DNA of 64,000 nucleotides, from assembly GCF_009914755.1 (NCBI RefSeq), contig NC_060936.1; one strand, given 5' to 3'. This document shows, piece by piece, positions 55,811-64,000 of this stretch (positions are counted from its first letter, which is position 1; each line of letters begins with the position of its first letter). Under the pieces are notes generated by a model. It made no database searches and was not told where the DNA came from. It saw only the letters and a program-made list of their open reading frames with translations. The DNA comes from the human T2T-CHM13v2.0 reference genome, Homo sapiens. Made by a program: the position numbers and the translations under genes.

Positions 55811-56560
55811 AGAATGTGTAAGCTTCAGGACTGTGTTGTATTAATAATTCAAAGAAGAGACTTTCATTTTAAGCGCTCCTGCTATATTAGAAAAAGAAGT
55901 CTGCTCTCCCACTATCTTTTCTTTGAGGCCAGCTAGGAAATGACAGAACAGGCTTTCTTTTGCAAACACAGAAACCATGCCAATGTCTCTTTTTGTTTTG
56001 TTTTACATTTCACCCAGTTTGGTGGATGCTGGATTTTGAGTGGTTTTTGGCTTTTCTTGGCCTGAAGTATTCAGGTGGTTTTGTATTTTTGCCACATCTT
56101 AATTTGTTTATAAACCTTGGTTGGATGTGACTTCCCTTTAAACACAAAAATAAAATTTTTTAAAGGAGTGGTGAAGAACAAAGAAGAAAATATTATATTG
56201 TTTTGTATATTTTTATTATCTATATTTTCATACACAAAAAAATCTACCGCATATGTTTAGCTTGTTCTACGAGCAGGGGCCCCATTACCTAAGCCTTAGT
56301 TGCATTTCATCAAGTATCAGAAGTCATTAGCTAAGGAAGAAAGGGTTTTTATAGTAGAGTAGGCTTTATTTGGACATAGTGGTGGGGTCTTGGCATTGAA
56401 ATAAAATTTAAAAAAAAATTATAAGCTAGATAAACCTCCCACCCTCGTTAAAACAGAAACAAGCCAAATAGAAAACAAACCCCAGATTCTTGTACTAAGA
56501 AATTGTTTGGATTTCATATGAAATGATTTGGCTTTTTGTCTTTGTAATATCTTTTTCTAG

Positions 56561-56658
56561 TCTTTGGGCTGAGAAATGCTTTTCTTATACAACACGAAAA
56601 CAGATATCGACAGTGTATAGCAGCATTCTTATTACAAGCCCAAACGGAAAACATCAAA
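56561..56658 (+). CDS. PLEKHG7: PLEKHG7 coding exon, PH (V-FGLRNAFLIQHENRYRQCIAAFLLQAQTENIK)
   Basis: ctttttctag acceptor; AAA|gtatgt; phase 1 in, 0 out. Confidence 0.95.
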
Positions 56659-56840
56659 GTATGTATTTTAATTTTGTAGGTCTTTGATTCTTCAGAGTTT
56701 ACATAAGCTCCCCCCAAGTGTCTTAAGTAACAGTGAATGGAAAGTTTTGTGTTTTTCTCTCACCCACTTGGGAAGGGCAGATTTGGGAGGAGGGGAGGGG
56801 TACATCTAGTCCATATAATGCTCAAAAGCCTCAGTATTGA

Positions 56841-56920
56841 CAATTTCCTCACACTTGTGGGGTTGAGGAACAATTTCCTCACACTTGCGGGGTTGAGGAA
56901 CAATTTCCTCACGCTTGCAG
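56841..56920. repeat. 30-bp tandem repeat (~2.7 copies) caatttcctcacacttgtggggttgaggaa
   Basis: Read directly. Confidence 0.95.
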
Positions 56921-57665
56921 AGTTCTCCTGCAGAAGCTCAAGAACTGCCTGCGTTCTACAGTTTCTGTAGGAAATGGGGGAAGAATTGATTTGGATTGCA
57001 TGATGAACCTTTAAGATGCTCCAATCAGTTTCCAAAGTGCATATAATAGGATATTAGCTTAAGGAGGGCCTGGCGCAATAATGATCCCTGTCAAGTCAGC
57101 TTGTCAACCTTTGAAAAACTGCCATTGTTTTTACAGCTATGGAGTTGAAAGAGCAGCTGCCTGACTCTGGTTTCTCTGTCTTAGAAGTTTCTATTTTTGT
57201 ATTTCCCCTGGTAGGCTTTCATCATATCTACAATGTGGCCAGACAACAAATGCAATATTCGATTTCCTGGGTCACTGCCCTCAGTCTCTTTCAAGTTATA
57301 CTACAGGTTAAGAACTTGTTTCCACAGAGAATAGAAATTCCAGCAATGCCACTTTCAAACTACATATATTCTCAGTGCTCATTTTTCTAATGAGTTATCA
57401 TTGACTATTGTTTCTTGATTACTCATAACTGTTATCCAACATGCATACCATACTCATTTAGCCCATCTGCATTTTCCTGTAAGATTAGAAGTATTTATAT
57501 TAGATGTAAGAAAGAAAATGGGAAACATATGCAAATGTTTCATTAGTCTTCAGTTTTAAAGAGCTGGTCAATAAATATAGCAGAAAATATTAGCCCAAAT
57601 ATGTGAGAAATTGTCAGCTTAACATTCTAATCTCTATTTATGTATTTTTTTCTTTTTTTCAACAG

Positions 57666-57773
57666 AAAACATGGATGGCACAAATAACAACTGCAATTTC
57701 TTGCTTTACCAAGAGTCAGGAAACCAAGAAAATATCTTTATTCACATTGCCCGCAGAATCCTCTGAAATTTAG
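57666..57773 (+). CDS. PLEKHG7: PLEKHG7 last coding exon (KTWMAQITTAISCF...AESSEI*)
   Basis: tttttttcaacag acceptor; PH C-terminal helix Trp; TAG stop 57771-57773. Confidence 0.95.
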   Translation, partial: KTWMAQITTAISCFTKSQETKKISLFTLPAESSEI

Positions 57774-58572
57774 GGACCTAAAACAAGTGGCATGTCTTTT
57801 TAGAAGATTATGGTTTAAGGTATAATTTCATTCAAAGTTTTGTAACACTTAGCTAGTGATAAGCTAGAAGGAAATTTGCATTTTAAAGAAGTTTCAGAAT
57901 TTGAAATTTTGAGCTAGGAAAATCCTCAGTATGGAGGAATAATGACTGCAACAAATTTGAACTCTGAGGAATTTCTTGACAAATATATACTGACATCCAG
58001 ATTACCTTCTAATGCTTCCGTCAGGTTTGTAAGAGGTGTGAGTGAAGAAAGGTGCTAATTTGTAAAGGGTGAATGATCAGATAAATGGAGTATCAGAAGG
58101 AAAACAATGTCCACTGCTTATGTCCAATATGAACTCCAGCATCTTACTCTGTATCCATAAAATAATGAAACCAATTTTCCTTCATGGCCTGTCAATCAGT
58201 CTTAACCGCTTTATAGTCCTACCTCAAACATAATGATAAATCTTTAGATACAAAGCTTGATTGTTCTTTTAATATACAAAGCAATAAATAGGGACTACAT
58301 TTAAGTAGCAGTTTTAAAATTCCTATTCTCAAACTCATCTCAGGTATATAGTACTCTAACGTGGAAGTAGAAAATCCCAAAGACTAAATTCCATTACTTT
58401 AAGATAGGAAGAAAAAAAAATCTGGCTTTCACCAGTTAACACTTTTGCATGGCTTTTCTTGGCCTGTTGTGAAGTGTACAGATTTTCATAGACATAGTAA
58501 GGTATCTGTCTCTTAACTTTATTTTTTGAAGAATGATGGTGTTTGCCATAAAAATACTTTCTGGTTTTGATT

Positions 58573-58605
<33 letters not shown>

Positions 58606-60040
58606 GCACAGTACAGTCACTTAATTTTATTTGGCAGGACTTCAAATTTCTTCAGAATTTTTATCATGAAAGGCAGTTTGAATAATTATTATCATGGCAG
58701 GATATATACTATTAACTACATTCAAGGAACTAGTTCTTAGGGTCAGATTATTGCATCAAAGGGAAGTCCACAAACTTCCATTTCAGAATCGTACCTTTTG
58801 CAATTTGCAAAGTGAAAGTAGTAAATTTATCAAATTTGGCTGCAAGACAACTGAAGCCTTAGCTGATTTTGTTAAGCTGAAGAATGGGGTAGAGAGGATA
58901 ATGTTTGGGCAAGTCATGTGCCCAGTAATTCCTTGAGGAAGGTGAAATTTCACTATGCAAACAAAGCAGTAAAGACAAGTGCAGCAGAAAGGCTTTTGTA
59001 CAAGGCAAGCACTATTAGAATGGAGACTAATAACCTCTTTATAATAATGTCAGAAATTTAATAGAAGAAAAAAAGGAAAATCTGGAGGACAGTAACTATT
59101 GTTAATAGCTAAGAATAAATGAGGTGGAGGGGAGAAAAAGGGGAGAATAGACTTCAAGCTTCAAGTGAATTCCTAGAGATGGCATCTGGATGGGACTGAA
59201 AGCAGTTATGTCCAGGAGAATACAATATAGATTATGCAAGAGAAGATTTTATAAAGAAATTTCTGGTTAAAAAAAATTTTTACATTAACAATCATCTTGC
59301 AAATGTTTAGATATAAACTAACCTCGGAGGTGAGCAGTGGACTAGGATGAGGTGGCCTCTCAAATTCCTTTAGTCCCATGAATCCAGCAACCACAGACTT
59401 ACATGTATAAAGGTAGTTTTCTCCCTCTGAATCTCATTAAAGGGAGAGACAGACTGACTAAATTAACAAAATATATAAAACAGCTCAAGAATATGCTGTA
59501 CATAAACTGGAATTCTATAAAGCTCACAAAGTAACATGTCTAATATACAATATATTAGATGTTTGAGGATATGCACATTAAACTCTTTGGAGGGTTTAGA
59601 ATGAAGCACATTCGAATGAAGGGATCACGGGGGTCAGAACAAAAACCATTCTAGAACCGTGGCTCCCAGGAAGAAAAAATAGCAAAAAACAATGGCACAT
59701 TGGGCCTTCCAAAAAGTATCTTTGGGGAGGGGAGGGAGAAAAATAAATAAATAAATAAATAAATAATGTTTTAAGTATCTTTAAATGGTCATCTGGGTAT
59801 TAAATGCAGACACACAATGAAATAAGGGGTTAATTACATATTTTTTATATTTGTTTTTAGTTTTGTTAATTCTCTACAATATTAAATGGAATGTCTAAGG
59901 CAAAATGGCATTAATAATTTCTCTTGAGATCAGGAATTTAATTACTATTCGAAATTGAACAACATTAAAACACCACTGTCTATATCCAAGTGCAAAGTCC
60001 TAATATTCTGTAAATAAATTAATGCAAAATGGTTAATACA
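57774..60040 (+). other. PLEKHG7: PLEKHG7 3'UTR (to distal poly(A) site, approximate)
   Basis: Follows the stop; ends after AATAAA 60013-60018. Confidence 0.6.
58573..58602. repeat. (TG)15 microsatellite in PLEKHG7 3'UTR
   Basis: Read directly. Confidence 0.95.
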
Positions 60041-60057
60041 GTGTTCTCTCTTTTGTT
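60013..60057 (+). terminator. Putative PLEKHG7 poly(A) signal and GU/U-rich downstream element
   Basis: AATAAA 60013-60018; CA at 60039-60040; gtgttctctcttttgtt follows. Confidence 0.65.
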
Positions 60058-60060
60058 AGA

Positions 60061-60113
60061 CAAAACAATTTATAGTCACAGAATACAACTAGTTTAGAAA
60101 GAAATGTTTTTAA
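60061..60113 (-). terminator. Putative EEA1 poly(A) signal and downstream element
   Basis: ATTAAA on - (tttaat ~60109-60114); downstream on - reads ttgtattctgtg...ttgttttg. Confidence 0.6.
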
Positions 60114-63100
60114 TATAATATTTAAACATATTAAAAAAAAGCAACAATTCAATAAGGATCCTTCCATTGTTCTTTATACAGATTTAAATGCTGTCACGTA
60201 CTTTATCAGTTACATTTATAATTAATAACCTTCCAATCACTGAGTTTAGAAATTGCAGTATTTACTGAGCTAACCTTTCTCACAAAGTAAGGCACAACTA
60301 CATGATCACAAGTAGTAAACACAATACAAATAATGAACCCAAAAACTAAATGAGAAAATGTTCATGCATAAGTATCTACAGAACTTATGAATATATGATC
60401 CAGTTCAAGGAATTACAGAATGTCATATACACAACTGCATTGTGTTACAATAAATTTATTACTTCTACACAGAAAGAACTTAGTGACTTCTAATTCTATT
60501 TTATACAATTTTACATAAATTTAGTAAGTTTATGCACAATATTCACATCTGCAACAATAACAAATTGATCATTAAAATTCAGGCTAAGGGCAATTAAGAC
60601 ACAATAATGTGTGGCACGTTATAATTACAGAATACCATTCATCAAGCTCATGTCTAGGAATACTATAATGGTGGCACATTTAAATCTTATGGATCAAATC
60701 ATCCATGGTTTTATAGCCAAAGTGCATTTTTTTAAAAAAACTCCTATAGTCAAACAGGTCATGAATATCAAAATATATGATCATAATTTGCTCTCTACTT
60801 AAAAGCTAAACATTTTTATGCAAATGTAAGGTTAAAAAAAAGTGGCTTTAAAGTTCTCAAAACTATATAAAATAATCATAAAGACTTTTTTAAGAGAGAT
60901 GGGAAAATAACAAATTTGGCAGTTACTATTTAACATTACTGTCAGGAAACTATTAAAGTAGATAATTCCACATTAAGAGGTAGTTGAACAAAATGTTATT
61001 TATACACTGCATTGAGGTTTTTGTGTTTGTTTCCCTCATTTTTTCTTCAAAGGAACAAATCCTATACCAGCAGCTTTGTCTTCTTTCTATTAAAAAAAAG
61101 TCTGTAGGTATAGTTTATTGTACACTAACCCAGCAAGACTTAATTTTAACTCACATTCTGTGCCGGGGTTTGGAATTTACTAACATTATGTCAATGTGCT
61201 TTTCATTAAAGCCAAGAGCTGTACATGCCAGCTTTAACTCACTGACAAAATAATAGTACCAGCAAACATGTAAAATGTACAGCCAATAAGGACTTCAAAG
61301 ATGACTTTTTAATTAAAAGGAAAAAAATTTAAATTTTTATTTCGAAAACACATTAAATTGGGGAGAGTTAGTAGCAAAAAATGTTCGGTTTCATTTATAT
61401 TATCAGTATAGTAGCCTATGGTAGGTAAATTACTCGGGACTTATGAAATGAAATTAGATAAAAATGAGAAAATCATTCAAACACCTATATATGGTTACTT
61501 GTTGTCTTAAAATTTTTTTTGTGAATATTTTGGGGGTAAAGGGGAGACAGACAGAAGGCCTGGAGTGGTGTTCAATTAGGAGACAAAGTAAACAAATATT
61601 CAAACCCAGATTTCTCATGGAATTTATTATCTCAAAAAAAAAAAAAAAAAACAGTGGTGCTGTGAACATCTGTGTTTTTCCAGCACACTTATTAAGTTAT
61701 TTATATGTAAAAGGATAGAATTAAAACTATTTGGAAGGATTTATAAGTATATAAAAATGCATAAATAGTTCAGTTTATATTATCCAACTATTATTTTTAA
61801 TAAAGAGCCACTGTATTTCTTCATTATATATGTTCAAGGATATATGTTTATCCAAGTCCAGGGACTTAATCAATGTTCTTAATAGCTAATGACAACAGGG
61901 TTTACTTAAATTTTTTTTTAAATAATTAAACAAATATGTAGTGATCTCTTTAGTTTACATACACTGTAGGTATAGCATGAATATAATTTCATTTCAGAAT
62001 ATTTGAAAGCAAATGTATATTAAGAACTATTATAAATGAAATATTAACTACTGTTATAAAATGATTGCACTGAATGAATGTATAACTACACTTCTTCTCT
62101 AGAAAGATTAATAAACCAATATTAATAACTTCTCTCTTGAGATGTTTTACAATTTTCCAAATTAATAAGACTATGCTAAATTAAAGTTCGATTCCATTGT
62201 TCAGCATACAAATAAGCTAATTTCTTAATTATCCTTAAGATGCTTAGCCATGCTGTTTCAGTTTTTATTGTAACTGGGATTCCTAAATACATTTGTTTTT
62301 GGTGATACTCTATTTCTAGGTGTTAGTTACTTAAAGGGAATTTCACAACATTATTTTTGCAAAGTTAAAATTAAAACTGGGAACAGTTGACATGGAACAC
62401 CAAATTCAGAACCATTTTAACTTTAAGTCAATTTTACAACTTTTAAAAATTCTTCCCAATAGGGTAAGAAATAGAAAGTAAAATATTTAATGTCTTCTTA
62501 TCATTTTATATTTTGTTTTCACCAATAAGACCACAGCAATATTAGTTACTAGCTTTAAGATGCAAAATTATAAAACAAATACATGAAGCTGATCTATGCT
62601 TGAAAATGTTAAACCAAATAAAGGAAAAAATCAGATCTATGTAAAAAGCAAACTCAGGTTCCTGAAGATGCTAGAGAGACAAAATAAGGGTATGATATGA
62701 AGGCTGATCTCAAAAGACTTCCCACTTACAAGAAACCGAGAATAAGAACATTATACAATGTTTATTATTCATCCTCCAACTGACAGCGAGGGTAAGAAGC
62801 TTTCTAAGATTCTAAATGGACAATGCGTGGGAGTTTAAGAAAGAGACAGAAAAAGACAAAAAGAAAAATTAACCCTATTCTTTGCAATACAACCCCAGAT
62901 AACTATAAGTAAACAAATTGATTTTACAGAGGTTTTTATAAAATCCACCCAAGAAAATTTAATTAATATTGTTAAAACAAAAACCATTTTTGAATTCATA
63001 TTACTACATATTTTAAGATAAACTGTATTTAGAACACCCAAGTAGTAAATTCATAACATAACAATGCAACTGAACCATGAACCCACATATAAGAGAAAAA

Positions 63101-63594
63101 GGCAGAGGAAAGTGTTACAGTTCTGTGCATAACTTCACAAAGAGAATATTTAATATAATTAATGTGCTATTGTGCAACAAAAACAGCAACAAGTGATAAT
63201 ATCATCCATGTACATTTTTGTACATTAAATTTAGGAGAAAGAAGTAAGCTATGGAATTGCATTCTTCATTTGTGAATAATGAAATTATATTAAAAAAATA
63301 CATTGCTATTTTCTGTCCAAAGTTTATTTACATTTCATTGGCTAATTCTAAACTTGGCATGAAAGCTATTCCAGGGGCTAAATGGGAAAAAAGTAATGAA
63401 AGATGATAAGCCCAAGTCTCACAAAAATAGAAGAGTTTTACTTGATATCCATAACATTCCAAAATATACTAATTCCTATTTGGTCTAGTATTGCAACCAG
63501 TGTCCAAACCAAATAGTAGTCCAAGACCTCTATTAAGTACATTTATTAAAAATCTAATGTTAGTGTAATATTACTCTGAAGTTGTGATAACCCA
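60093..63594 (-). other. EEA1: EEA1 3'UTR (AT-rich, transposon-free, ~3.5 kb)
   Basis: Follows the EEA1 stop on -; no interspersed repeats recognised. Confidence 0.7.
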
Positions 63595-63717
63595 TTATCC
63601 TTGCAAGTCATTGAAACATGCATCACAGACACGAACAGGCTTCTTGGAGGAAGGAGTTAAGGCATTTTTGGCTGAACATTCAGCACAGAAGATATTTCCA
63701 CACTGTCGGCAGTGATG
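63595..63717 (-). CDS. EEA1: EEA1 last coding exon, FYVE C-terminal half (HHCRQCGNIFCAECSAKNALTPSSKKPVRVCDACFNDLQG*)
   Basis: tttacag acceptor on -; FYVE HHCRxCG and RVC motifs; matches the EEA1 C-terminus as I recall it; TAA at 63597-63595. Confidence 0.98.
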   Translation of the reverse strand, partial: HHCRQCGNIFCAECSAKNALTPSSKKPVRVCDACFNDLQG

Positions 63718-64000
63718 CTGTAAATGACAAAAATTAAACAATTTCAAGAATAAAAACTATACCAAAAGTATTATGAAACTACATGAATACCACCAACTAC
63801 ATTATGAAGGTACATTAGCTTTCAAGTCATTGGTATATTATTTAATGATATGTTTCAATATGTTAACTTAATCTCTGTTATAATTAAATTGAATGCTTCC
63901 TATTTATCAAACACTATGCTAAACATTTTACGTAGAATTTATTATGGAACTCTCAAAAGAACCAGAGGAGGCATTTAAAAAGTTTTTATAAAGTATCTCT

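Noticed and set aside
59741-59766. Multiple AATAAA within an (AAAT)n tract as the main PLEKHG7 poly(A) signal
   Set aside because: Microsatellite context with a weaker downstream element than 60013; may still be a minor site.

Overview
Primate (very likely human) genomic DNA. The + strand carries 14 coding exons (16534-57773) of the DH-PH RhoGEF gene PLEKHG7; its 5' exons lie left of the window. The last coding exon (FYVE-domain C-terminus) and ~3.5 kb 3'UTR of EEA1 converge on it from the - strand, and the two putative poly(A) sites are only ~55 bp apart near 60.04-60.09 kb. The left edge holds a HERV-L provirus with an MLT2A-type LTR, and the introns contain many Alu, L1, MaLR and DNA-transposon remnants. 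Main unexpected observation: the large PLEKHG7 intron (3.0-14.6 kb) contains 12 exon-like segments with AG/GT sites. They chain in one consistent frame (~505 codons, 16 stops) and splice in phase onto the PLEKHG7 exon at 16534. By eye the translation resembles STAT DNA-binding (twice), linker and SH2 motifs, suggesting a decayed STAT-like module or ancestral PLEKHG7 N-terminus. This is an inference that needs HMM and comparative testing. Also notable are a ~400 bp inverted templated duplication, a palindromic 37-bp VNTR and an L1 abutting a splice acceptor. Repeat boundaries and subfamily names are by-eye estimates.
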